In this document: in pieces, positions 23,461 to 35,398 of the stretch | How the letters are laid out: every line of letters starts with the position of its first letter | How positions within the stretch are numbered: the first letter of the stretch is position 1 | Assembly (NCBI GenBank): GCA_024137785.1 | Contig: JAHRHZ010000025.1 | Location: forward strand, 18,331,787 to 18,395,786 | Source of the DNA: Ginglymostoma cirratum | Lineage: Eukaryota | DNA length: 64,000 nt | Direction: 5' to 3' | Notes under the pieces: model-generated | The model's input: only the letters and a program-made list of their open reading frames with translations | Told to the model about the DNA's origin: nothing | Database searches by the model: none | Translations under genes and position numbers: made by a program

Positions 23461-26400
23461 GGTTTCTTGTTGCATGAGATTAATTCAGAGTTTACGTCCT
23501 TTAACTCACTGCAAGCATGAAGTTGACAGAGAACCTGTCTGAGGGAATTCAACCCATTAGTCAGCACATAACTTTGGATGTTGATGAGAAGGCAGAAACA
23601 TTCTGAGTGCTCCACAGTGTATATATGTTGATAGGCAGTTCACCTTGGTTTAAGAGCCTAAAAACTTGGGGTCACAATGTCAAAATAGGAGATTGGCCAT
23701 TTAGGTGCTAGATGAGGAGAAAGGATTGCGGATCTTTAGATATCTCTCTTCCAGGGAGGATCTTCAAAACTCAGATCAATGGATTTTCAATACAAAGGGA
23801 CTGATTGTGTGGAAGGTGGATGGAGGTGGAAGATTAAAAACAATCTTAGTGAATTGTAGAGTATACGTGAGGATCCTTATGACTTATTCCTATTCCTCCT
23901 CCTACGTTGAATGCTTTGTGTACTTAGTTCCAGTGTCTGATGTGGAACTCTCCATAATGAGAGAGTTTGCTGTAAGCTAGACCTAATGGTTTGGAGAAAA
24001 GGTGTGGGTCTGAGGGGGTGGGGCAGTACTGTTAGGTAGAGCAGAGAATTCACTCACTTGTTTTCCCTACTCATCAGGCTGCCATTTTAAATTGCAGGGG
24101 GCCTTACCACCCAGCTCCCCAAGTCATTGAAGTCCTCTTTAACATCCAGATTAGATTTTAATGATATAATTTATGATCAATCTGCTATTTTAACTGGAAG
24201 TCTGATGTGGAAGAGCAGTGAAAATGTATGGTCAAACTTACTGTAAGTAGGATTCTGGGCGAGAAACATTCCCACAATTTTAGGGCTCCACATCGGAGCG
24301 TAGAGAAGGGTTTGTTCTCCGAGCCCCAGATGAAAACCTGGTGACTCCTTTTGGTGCCTATCATCCTGTTATTAGCATCACTTCCCAATCATTCGGCTTG
24401 TCTTCCTACTACAAACCAGACTTACAGGGACTACTTCTCTGGGCCTCTGGCAGCAGCCTCTGACACCTAAATGCCTCCTTCCACATGTTCCCTGTAGCCT
24501 TGATTTTTTTTTCAGATAATTTTCTTTGAAAGCCCCAAATGAAAATACCTTCACCACATGCCGAGGCTCAGATGAGTAAGGGATCTGAACATGGAAATGA
24601 CACCCTGGAGTTAACATCTCTCTGGGCTTTGACCTGAAAGATTGTTAGCCCTCGGTCCCTTGCCCAGAATGATTCTATCCTGCGATAAAACCAGTGTTTG
24701 AATTTGCAGATATACTATAGCCACTTGGTTGTGGTAGCAAAGTTACCAGGCCCTCATAATCTAATAAAGATCAGTGATCTTTCCAAAGGACTCAAGGGAA
24801 ACAGCTTCAAATGCAAGGGTGTTCTTCCAAGTGTCCTAGTCAACTTATACCTTGAGCATCCCTGAATTAGATTACCTGGTCTTCTGTTGTTAGCAGAACA
24901 TTTCTATTCTGCAATATTATCCTCCTTCATTCTCTGCCTGGAGGTTCTCCCAATACTCAATGCCACAACCTCCACTGGTAAGGCAAGGAGCTATAGACTC
25001 TATTCAACCTACCCACAATGGAGACTGGTGTCAACAACATGGTGTTCAGTCTGATCCATACTGGCCAGTCAGCTACATGACATTGCTGCCCTCCCCACTT
25101 AGACTGCTCGGGGTGTGTACTAGAAGTTTTTGCAAGTTGATATAAAACCTGTTTGACATAGTGTGACCACCCCTTCATTGGCTACAATTCCCTACATTAC
25201 TGCACTGACTAGACTGCAAGAATGTTGTATACATTTTAAAGTATTTGGGGAATCCTGAGGTTGTGAAAGTTGCTATACAAGTACTTATTTGTTCAACCAT
25301 CTGAGAAAGTAAAGAAGTTTCTATCCGGAAACCTGAATGATTGAACTTATAGTCAAGGTCACTATAAACAACTGGAATAATTGATACGATTACATGGGTC
25401 CTTATGTGTGTGAAAGTAACAGTCGACTTTGAAAAGCTGTATTTGTGCTTGCCGCAGTCTGGCTAGAAGGGTTCATTGCTTTCATCAAAAAATCTCTTAG
25501 ATTCACTTGGATTGTAATGTCGTGTGCCCTGCCTGTGTATCACTTTGCTGTCCGTTGTTAATGTAGCTCTAGCCAGCTGTTCTGATTTGTTTTAGAACTA
25601 CAGAATGGTCACATCACTGGAGGCTATTCATCCCATCTTGTCTGCCCACAATCTCTCCAAAAACAATTCAACTAATCCACTTATGCACACGTTCCCTGTA
25701 GCCGTGATATTTTTTCAGATAATTCTCTTTTGAAAGCCTCAATTGAAAATACCTTCAACACATGCCAAAGCAGTGTATTCTGGTTCCTAATCACTCGCTG
25801 TGTAAAAATGACTTTCCTTATGTTGCTGTTGCTTCCTTTATCAATCACCTTAAGTGGACCCTCTGGTTCCTGATCATCCTGCCAATGGAAACCATCGCTC
25901 CTTACCTCGTTTGTCCAGGCCCCTCATAAATTTCAATACATCCATCAAATCTCCTTTCTATCTTTTTTTTGCTCCTAGGAAGACTATCCCACTTGCTCAT
26001 TATCTTCTTTTTGATAGTGTTTAGAGTGGTGGGCAACTCAAAATACACCTCCCAGGCAGATATTTTGGCATTTCCTTAATACTGGGGCGGGGTTTGCTGA
26101 AGGTCACTTCTCTGGATTGGAACATGTCCCTTCATTACATTTTTTTCTTAGATAGTCAGGGTGGGGCAGGAAGTGGATGGAACTGCACCAACACTTGATA
26201 CTCAACTGCGAAAGGCTTTGTTACATCTTGAAGCTATGAAAGGGACGATGTAAATACAAGCCAGTTCTCTATGCTGCAGATACTGGGCCTTGGTTGCTTG
26301 GGTGGTGAGTGAGGAGGCACGGGGGAAGCTGGACCTTTCTGTAAGCTGACCCAGGAGGCACCTTGCTAACTGATCATTGAGAGCTCAGGCACAATCTTTG

Positions 26401-27049
26401 CACTGCTCAGCATCCCGTCCAAATCATCTGCATGTGGGTACATGATCAGAATATTTGTTGAAGAGTGTTGTTAGCACCAGTCCTCCAGGAAAGGTCCATG
26501 TAGAGCAGATAAGAACTCTATCTTAGTGGTAGTGGGGACAGAACAAGTTATGGGTGGGAAGTCATTTCACACTGACATCCATGGAGAATCTGTGGGGTCT
26601 GGAGTTGGTTGCATTGGTTGGAACAATAATCAGACCCTTGCAGAGGGGATTGGGCAGCTTGGAGACCTCCTTTGTCCATCATACGCATGCGCTGATTGAA
26701 GCAAGTGCTCCCTGCAGGGCTGTATAACCTTTTAACAGAACTTAGAGGGGAGGTAGTGGCATGGTGGTAATGTCACTGGGCTAGGATGAACAGCCTCAAG
26801 GTAATCTGCTCGGGGTCAGTTGGCTGGAAAGTTGGTTTGCAATGCAGAATGATGCCAACAGCATTGGTTCAATTCCCACACCAGCTCAGCTTACCACAAA
26901 AGTCCCTCTTTCTCAAACTCATCGTATTGCCTAGACATGGTGGCCCTAATGAGAGAGTGGGACTTCGGGGACTTTTCTTTATCTAATACAACTGAGCATT
27001 GACTTTGAGTCATTGTGGTAGGTAAACAACCAGCTTTCTATACCAAAAG

Positions 27050-27390
27050 GAAGACTTGCATTTATGTATCACCTTTGCATGACCTCAGGACATCCCATAG
27101 TGGTTTATAGCTATCACTGAATTACTTTTTTGTTTCAAAGCTTAGAAACTGTAGTAATGTCAGAAACATAGCAGCCAAAACTGCAATGTCTGAAACAGAA
27201 ACATGGTAATAATCAGATAGTCTGTTTTTCGTGTCAGTTGAGGAACAAATGGTAGTTGGGGCACGTCAATGGGAAGTTTTTTTTTTGAATAATACCATGG
27301 ATTTTTCCACGATCACCTCAGAGGAGAGTTGAGATCATGATTTAGTGGCATCTTCAACAGTGCAGTATCGAAGGAACTCTGCACTCACTG
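27050..27390 (-). mobile_element. Deu-domain SINE
   Basis: gacttgcatttatgtatcaccttt...acctcaggacatccc is the reverse complement of the family 3' end. Confidence 0.6.
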
Positions 27391-27819
27391 ATAATAATGG
27401 ACTCTGTTGGTAAAGTAGCAAAGATGCTTTGGGCTTTTATTTCATCAATTTGTAGATCTAATGGGGCCTGTCCTAGTGACCACAACAGTGACATTCTACA
27501 AAGCAGTTTAAGTTATGCACATTTCTTTCCTCAGGACGCCTAGGTTTTTGTCTCCTCCTCTGGATGTGTTCAGCCACACTGCCCCAGTGAATGTCACACA
27601 GTCTCATTACCAGCTGGCCTCACCATTTACAAATTGGGAAAGGGGGTGGGGGTGGGGACATTTACAGATTTTTAACCGATAATCATTCAAGAATTTCCGT
27701 GAAGCTACAAAAATGGTCAGGATATACCTTCAAAGTATTCTAATACGCTTAAAAAAAAGCCTGGCATCAGAGGATTAAACAAGCAACACCCGAGGCAAGG
27801 GCAATGAGACAACCCTGGA

Positions 27820-30556
27820 AACGCATCGAGTTTGTAAAATTTATTCCAACATGCTTTTTAAAAAATATGCCCAACTTCTTTACCGACTTTGAACAGTGGT
27901 AAAGACAAATAGAATACCTGTGAAAAACATTTCCATTAACAGTACAGATGTGTAGGTGTACAATAGGGATCACAGACATCAAATACTGACCTCCAGGTCT
28001 TTTGTTTTTTTCTTCCTTTTTTTTTCTTTTTTTTAAAATTTATTTTCTTTTATTTTACAATGATCTCTGTGCTTTTGTTACCTGCATTTATATATGGTTT
28101 CACCCCATACAAGTGTTGCAAGGTGCAGTACTAGAAATTGGTGTTTCAAAATAATTACAGGCAATTTTACCAATTACATAGTATACCTATACGTATTTAC
28201 AGTTGTCTTTTGGAATGTATTGCCTTTTTTAACAAAAAATGTATATAAACTTTTCCTTTTAAACAGACAACATTATTACACATAATCTCTGAAAAGGAGA
28301 ACAATTAATATTCTTGAAAAGTATCAAATTTAACAAGACAGGTTTCACGTTAACACTACAGGAATTAAAGTGGGATTAAGTGCCAAACTGCTGATATCAT
28401 GCAAGTGTACAACCCAAGATCTTCCTTTTTCTTTCATTAAAAAGTCTTCAAGACTGCCAAATATTTTGGCATCAATTTTTTTTTTAATATATAAAAAAAA
28501 AGAGACAGTGCCCCTTTTCACTGGCCCATTGCAGGCTTGGTTCTGAGGCTTATTTAAGTGAAAATACTGCTAATTTAATAATGCACCCATTTTGTTTGTC
28601 TTAAGAAAAGTAACAGTCAGTGATATGTTACGTAAATTCATTCAGAAAATCAGTCAGCTGGCCTTAAACAGTAACATTACGCTACAATGATCAAACTTGC
28701 ATCAAAGCCCGAATGAGACAGCACGGAAACTCCGTAATTCTGAAACAAGAACTCTGTCTCTTTGAATTCATCACGCACAGTGGAATAAGGTTTCCCTGGC
28801 TGTAAACAGAGCATTTTCCAAGTAGAAACATTATAATTATAAAGGAATAGTATATTTCAATGCCAAAAGCAATTATTTTCATAAAAATGGGCAACATTTT
28901 TGAAGTGAAAAGGGGCATTAATTGGAGAAAAGGGATTATAAGATTTGATAATAGAACAAAGGACGCAGGTAAACCTTCAGACCACTGCAGTAATAGGGAA
29001 TTTCTAATTTTGCATTAGCTAGCTAAATTTAAAATAATACTATGCATAAGCATTTGAGTGCAGCCAAAATGATGGAATGTCAAGAGAGCAAATATAAAAC
29101 TTAAGAACTCTTTCACATCACCTATATTCCACTTGAAAGTGTCTGAAATGCTTTTAAGTGCATTTTATGTACATTACATTTATATCTAAAATTACATTCA
29201 ATAGAACTGACAAAGTATTGCAGACTGTGGACAAAATCTTTTTCAATTAAGTCAAGGTACTAAAAAGACACTATTGAAAAGACAGCCCACCAGTAACTGT
29301 CCTCAGCTTTTCTCTCCCTATCCCCACCCAAAAGGCCACAACAAACATCAAAAATAAGTAAAAATAGGAGGTTCTCCAAAAGCATCTTTGGACTTGGGAA
29401 CTGTGCATCCTTCAATTCATTATTTAAAAGTTCTGCATCTCAAAGTTGTTAACATTGCTGGATAAAGAAGAGAAATGACAGTCCAACTAGTTTACCTACC
29501 ACCATCCTGGTAGTCACATGGCAAATGACTAATTATGGCAATTAATCTCTTATCACTTAGTCTACGACAGACCCAGACATGATACAAATAAAGCCCTCTG
29601 TAGTGGACAGCTTTGGGAACTGTAGGACTAACAGTTCCTCTTGAGCATTAAATAGCAGATTGTTCACAGGGTACTGACATGATTTGTAGTTCAGGATGCA
29701 ACCGGTTGATCTTTTGGGTCAGTGTTTTATTACAAAGCTATATTCCAAAACAAAATGGACCCCCACAGTCTGGAATCTGTGATACTGACCCTGGTGCAAC
29801 TTTGCTGCACACTGATTTTCCTTGTTGTTTTCAAATGTTTGAAATTCTGTTTTCTCTAGACTAATAGAAGGTGTTAAATGTGAAAGAATCCTTATCAGGA
29901 TAGCCTAAGTGCCGAGAGTCAATCATTGCAAAAGGGTAAACAAAACCATGGTCAAAATCAAGCAATTTTTTTGTAATCATTTCTGCTTAAGAAGCTATAA
30001 AAAGCGCACAGAAAGACCACCAAGATGCTGAGAAAATGTAGCCATTTATAAACAATTAAATACAGAATACAATAAATATGCTTCATAGAATTATTTCTGT
30101 ACACAAGCAGTTTACATTTTATCAATATAAAAATAAGTCTTCAGTGCATCATCACACCAATGTTTTAATCCCTTTTGTTTCACGTCATTTGACTCAAAGT
30201 AATTCCAAATGAAAAAACAGACAGCTACTCTGAATCAATTACATTGCTTTTAAAAATATTCACAGCCTCAAATCATTTTCTCTTCGCCCTTTCCCCCCCT
30301 CCCTCCCTTCCCATCCTATACATCTGTAGCCACAAAATAAAAGAGAAAGGCACAAGTAACTGTGTACATTTAAATAATACTGGACTTGGACAATTTTAAA
30401 CAGGAATTTTCTGATGATTTTGGTCATGTTTACAATATATATATATATATGCGAATGTTTTGTTCGAACAACATTCATGAGTATGAGGAAGGAAAATAGT
30501 GTTGACAAATGCCCATTGCATCTTCTTCAAAAGGTGAATTTGCATGGCTGTGGATG
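27820..30556 (-). other. HIVEP3: Probable HIVEP3 3' UTR (about 2.7 kb)
   Basis: Directly follows the stop codon; AU-rich, no recognisable TE in an otherwise TE-dense window; ends at a cluster of minus-strand AATAAA hexamers. Confidence 0.65.
27840..28054 (-). terminator. Candidate polyadenylation signals
   Basis: Minus-strand AATAAA at 28049-28054, 28039-28044 and 27840-27845; the last is followed by a GU/U-rich stretch (GGGTTGTCTC...GGGTGTTGCTTGTTT). Confidence 0.55.
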
Positions 30557-31534
30557 CTATGAACTTCCTGTCTTATTGTCCTTTTGCATATCAAGGTGCA
30601 CAAAGCCTTCATCTTTATACTCCGGGCTGCTTCCGCTTTGCGTTCTAACTGGGTGACATTGTCCACTTGAAGCAGTCCTGCCAGTACTGGTTTGGAAAGA
30701 GCGGGAAGGATTTGAAGACTCTGATGAACTACTGCTGCTTCCCTGTAAAGGATGTGCAGGTTGCGTGGTGGCTAAAGTGCGGGCTGACTCATAGTAGGTG
30801 CCTGAACACCCAAACTGCTTCTTGCTCAGATCCTTTGAAGATCCTTCTCCACTTGTCGAAGGCTTTGGAGAGTGCTCGTGGCTGGTGCTGGGGCTGTCCA
30901 GTCTGGCTGAGCCAGCATCTTGCCCCGAGTGGCTCAGAGCAGCGATAGTGCTGGGTTCAGAATAAATGGGTACCCTGTATTCCTCCTGTTTGTATGCTGC
31001 TGCTGCTTCTTCTAGCTCAACAGTCTCTGTCCTCTGTAAAGTAACGCTTGGTTTACTACTTCTAGCAAGAGAAGGTACTGTCACAACAGGGGCTGTGGGA
31101 ACTGAAAGCTGCGGCAAAGGCAAAGATTTTGAAGTCATTGCTTCGGCTGATTTGGGTCTCAGCAAAACCCCTTCTTCGAAATGTACTGTGGTCTCTGTCC
31201 TAGTTGCACTAAAGGGATCAAGTGCAGTTGGATTCACAGGAATGCCTGACTGTAGAGAGACTATTGCAGAAGGCACCAAGCCTAAATGACAGCCTGGCCT
31301 TGACTGAACCATTTGAATTCCACCGATTGGAATCATGGGGTAGGGTGTCCTGACCAGCTGCTGAGAGTGCAGGGGAAGATGACTGAAAACATAATCTTGT
31401 GCGGTCCCAGTCAGCCCACTGTAACTTTGTCCTTCCAGTGCAGTTTGAGTATTTCTTGAAGAAAGAAAATGCAAGGCGTGGGATGGTGTACTTGGCTCTT
31501 CGTGTATACTGCGATAGCCCATTCTAGACATCTT
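30557..31534 (-). CDS. HIVEP3: HIVEP3 last coding exon (to TAG stop)
   Basis: ORF 30557..31531 plus one Lys codon after acceptor TTTCTCTACTGTACAG|AAG, phase 0 matching the previous exon. DYVFSHLPLHSQQLVRTPYPMIPIGGIQMVQSRPG and SPKPSTSGE resemble HIVEP3 C-terminal motifs. Confidence 0.9.
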   Translation of the reverse strand, partial: KMSRMGYRSIHEEPSTPSHALHFLSSRNTQTALEGQSYSGLTGTAQDYVFSHLPLHSQQLVRTPYPMIPIGGIQMVQSRPGCHLGLVPSAIVSLQSGIPVNPTALDPFSATRTETTVHFEEGVLLRPKSAEAMTSKSLPLPQLSVPTAPVVTVPSLARSSKPSVTLQRTETVELEEAAAAYKQEEYRVPIYSEPSTIAALSHSGQDAGSARLDSPSTSHEHSPKPSTSGEGSSKDLSKKQFGCSGTYYESARTLATTQPAHPLQGSSSSSSESSNPSRSFQTSTGRTASSGQCHPVRTQSGSSPEYKDEGFVHLDMQKDNKTGSS

Positions 31535-31629
31535 CTGTACAGTAGAGAAAGAATAGAAGATTAATTACATCCTTCTGACAATGAAGTTATTTCTTATTAT
31601 CCTTTTATTACTGATCTCTAGACTCCCTA

Positions 31630-31880
31630 AATTCTGAACTTCTACATATCACAATTTTATTCACTTCACCATTTACATTTGTGTATCAGCTGCCTAAATC
31701 TTAAACTCTGGGATTCCCTCCATTTCTCTCTCTGCCTCTTGACTCTCATTAAAAATGTTCCTTAAAATGCACCCCTTTGACCAAGCTTTTAATCACTGGT
31801 CCAATATCTGCTTCATCAATTCACTGTCAAATTATTGTTTGATAATATTTCTGTGAAGTCCCTTGGAATATTTCACATGA
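31630..31880 (+). mobile_element. L2-type LINE 3' end fragment
   Basis: ctctgggattccctcc...ccttaaaa...tttgaccaagctttt; related copies at about 40820-41170, 43390-43570 and 52670-52920. Confidence 0.55.
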
Positions 31881-32459
31881 TAATGGTCGGCTGTTGGAAT
31901 TTTTCCCTAAGCAAATATATTCACAGAACTCCAGACCAATGCAAAATATTATTAATGGTGCCTTCTAATGTACACTTCTTGTGCTGGAATTTTAAACCCT
32001 CACAGCCCTACCCTTGCACTTCTCTGTAAATTTCTCATTGTGCATTCACGTCCCTCTCATTCTTTGAAGATCCTACGTAAATTTCACCCCCTCTTAACAT
32101 CCTCATGTTGCCCACTTTTTCTTTGCACCTCTGAAGCACCTTTAGATGGTTTCTCCATTAAGGCATTGTAAAAATGCTAACTGAGTAGTCATTACAGGTG
32201 ATAAAGTTGGTGTAAGCTCAGTTTCACTTGTGGGAAAAACAAGAACTGAGAGACATAGATACAAAATCAGTCGCTAACAATCCAATATGGAATTTAGGAG
32301 AATCTGTTTTAACCAGAGACTGGTTCCGAATGTGGAAACTGCTACCAAGTGGGAGTAGTTGAGATGTATAGTATGTATAGTTCTCACATTGTGAATCGGG
32401 ACCCTCAATGCGGTCACAGAGGTAACATTTGGTGTTGAGTGTCCCCCCACCAAACACCA

Positions 32460-33322
32460 ATGATAGAGATAGCAGGATGTAGATTAGTTGCAGATATGGG
32501 CGGAGAAATGGCAGATAGAGTATAATCCGGGTAAGCGTGAGGTGCCGCTCTTTGGGAGATCAAACGTTAAGGAAAATTACACAGTCAATGTCAGAACCTT
32601 GAACAGCATTGATGTACAGAGGTTCTTAGGGTTCAAGTCCACAGCTCCCTGAAAGCTGCCATGCAAGTAAGTAGGTGGTGAAGAAAGCATATGGCATGCT
32701 TGCCTTTATTTTGGGGAAATGAGTCCAAGAGTCAGGATGTCATATTCCAGCTTTATAAGACTTTGGTCAGGCCCCACTTAGGGTATTGCATTCAGGAAGG
32801 ATGTGGAAGATAATGGTAAGGCTGCAGAAGAGGTTTATCAGGATGCTGCCTGGATTGGAGGGCATGAGTTGTAAGGAGAGGCTAGAAAAACTCAGGTAGT
32901 TTTCTCTGGAGCAGCAGAGGCTCAGGGGAGACTTGATAGAAGTCTATAAAATTATGAGATGCCAAGATAGCATTGCCAGTTAGAATCTTTTCCCCCTCAA
33001 GAGTTGAAATGTCTAAAACTAGGGGTACATGCATTTAAGGTGAGAGAGGAAAAGTTCAAAGGAGATGTAAGGGGTAAGTTTTTTTTTTAAACAGAGTAAG
33101 TAGGAGTCATCTGGAATGTGTTGCCAGGGGTGATGGTGGAGGCATATACGATAGGGGTGTTTCAGGGACTTTTAGATAAGCACATGAATATGCAAAGAAT
33201 GGAGGGATATGGACCAAGGCCAGGCAGAAAGGATTAGTCTAAATTGGCGTCACATTCAGCCCAACATTGTGGGCTGAAGGGCCCGTTCCTGTGCTGTACA
33301 GTTCTATGTTCCATGTTCTATG
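32460..33322 (+). mobile_element. CR1 LINE 3' fragment (intronic, antisense to HIVEP3)
   Basis: W-EKWQ-E-N--K-EV, LYKTLVRP and LFSLE-RLRGDLIEVYK remnants; TTCTATG tail at about 33301-33322. Confidence 0.88.
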
Positions 33323-34454
33323 ACTGTGGAGAGGAAGCATTCCTGTCTGGAGGTAGTGACAGGGTTAGCCTTGAAACATTGGATCAATGCTCTCCAACAG
33401 CATTGCGTGGATGGCGAATTCAAAATGTTCCTCAATTTCAAAAGACAATTTTAGTGGTCAGTGTTGACTGAGCTCAGGATGCCTGCACACTAACTTGGCA
33501 CTGTTAGAAGCTGGCAAGTGTAATTTGGTCACGGGTGGAGAGTAAGAATAAATGGAAGGTCATGCAGCTGAGCTGTGAAGGTGAGTGATGGCTTCAGATC
33601 TGGACCTGTTCTGCTCCAGTCTGTCTGTTGTACAGGCTAGGCTAGCAACTCTACTTCATAGACATTGGCAGCTAGATCAAAGGAGTGAAGGTGGGAGAGG
33701 ATTAGAATGTATGTTTGGGGTGGAGAGGAACTGGGAAGAGAGGCAGCTGAGTAAATAAGTGATGGGGAAGGGAATTGGAAAGAGATGTTGGTCTGTATGT
33801 GCAAGAAGAGGGCTTTGGAAAGCTTTGTATGCATGTGTTTTCACTGTAAACAGTTTGTAACACTGAGCATTGTTAGGGGAGGAAGCTTTTTTTGTTCGAA
33901 TCAACCAAAGTCATACTCATGACACATGGATCAAATTGAGTGCTTCTAGATACAGAGTAAAGCTCTCTCAGAACGCTCCCAATTATGTACTGCTGCCCAT
34001 GCTGATAGCAGCATTGTGGATGCACTTGTGGTAATTACATTATGGTGGTCTGAGTTATATTGTATCTAAGGCCAATTCACAGAAATGTTGTTAAAGTAAA
34101 AGGGAGCAGAAACAGAAGACGCCAAAGGGAAAAAAGTGAAAGGGAAATGTGTGCAAACACATGTTTATGCAAAAACATAGCTAAGGAATAAACTGCAATT
34201 TGCAGAATTGCAGTAAAATGTGCCTCAGAATGATAGCTATCATCAGCTGACTCAGCATTAAACTTGCAAAATGCTCAGAAAGGTAAAAATCAGCATCTGA
34301 TTCCAACGCAGACAAGGGAAAGCAGAAAAAACAATTTAACAAAAAAAAGGCTTGTCTGCTGCCAGAAAGTGAATGCTGGTCACTACTTATCTGGACTCTC
34401 GAGAAAACAGTCCACATCACAGTCTGGAAAATTCAGCATGGTTGTAGCTAACAA

Positions 34455-35270
34455 AAGGCATGGTGGCATTGTGGTTATGTTACTGGACTATTAAACCATA
34501 GGCTGAGAGCTTAAATTCCAAAGTTTGAGAACATCGTAGAATCATACAGCACAGAAGAGGCCTTTCAGCCCATTGAGTTCGTACCACCAAAATATTCTAC
34601 TACCTACACTAGCTCCACTTTCCCACACTAGGCCCACAACCTGGAATGTGAAATCAAAAAAAGTGAGTACAAAACTGTTGGAAAGTTATGAATGGTCAAC
34701 TTGTTTGCTGATATCCTTTAGGAAGGAACCCTTATGGCCTTCAGTTCCATTACAACATGGTTGCCTCTTAACTGCCTGATGAGATGCCCAGCATGCCACA
34801 AGTCAAAGTGCAAGACAGCAACTAAAGTGGGGCAATAAATGCTGGCCTTGCCACTGATGCCCACATTGCAAGAGTGATCAGACAAAAGATCATTCCGTAG
34901 GTTTTTATCTTTGAGACCGGTCCTTACTGCGCATCTCTGGTTGGCTCTGATAAAGAGAATGCAGTTAATGGGCTTTTTAGGCCATTTCAGGGGAGGTGAA
35001 GAGTCAACCATATTACTGTGGATCTGGAGTAATATAGAGGACATAACAGATAAGGATGACTGATTTGCTTCTCTCAGGAGGGTCAGTGAATCAGGTGGGC
35101 TCTCACAACAACCCAGCATGCTCATGCTTACTATTACCGATACTAGCTTTTTAATTCCAGATTTAGTTAGTTAACTGAATTTAAATTCCACAGTTGCAGT
35201 AGTGAGATTTGAACTTGTGTTCCTGGATTTTTAGTCCAGACTTCAGAGTTACCCCATAACCACTTGCTAC
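34455..35270. mobile_element. Cluster of tRNA-SINE pieces: plus copy about 34455-34880 with a CR1 tail inserted, minus copy about 34960-35270
   Basis: ggtggcattgtggttatgttactggacta head; tttaggaaggaa and gggcaataaatgctggcc tail; reverse-complement copy downstream. Confidence 0.6.
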
Positions 35271-35398
35271 TGAGCCTTGATTGTCTGGAAGGCAGAAGAG
35301 GAATTGCAGAGCTGAACTAGATGTGCCTAGTACCAGTAATGGTTAAGCCGTTCTTCACCACTGGGGAGAACTTTATGAAGTACCTTTATCTTTCTTAC

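Noticed and set aside
1-27000. Expected neighbour endothelin (EDN2)
   Set aside because: No CSC...C.YFCHLDIIW coding sequence seen by eye or in the ORF track on either strand.
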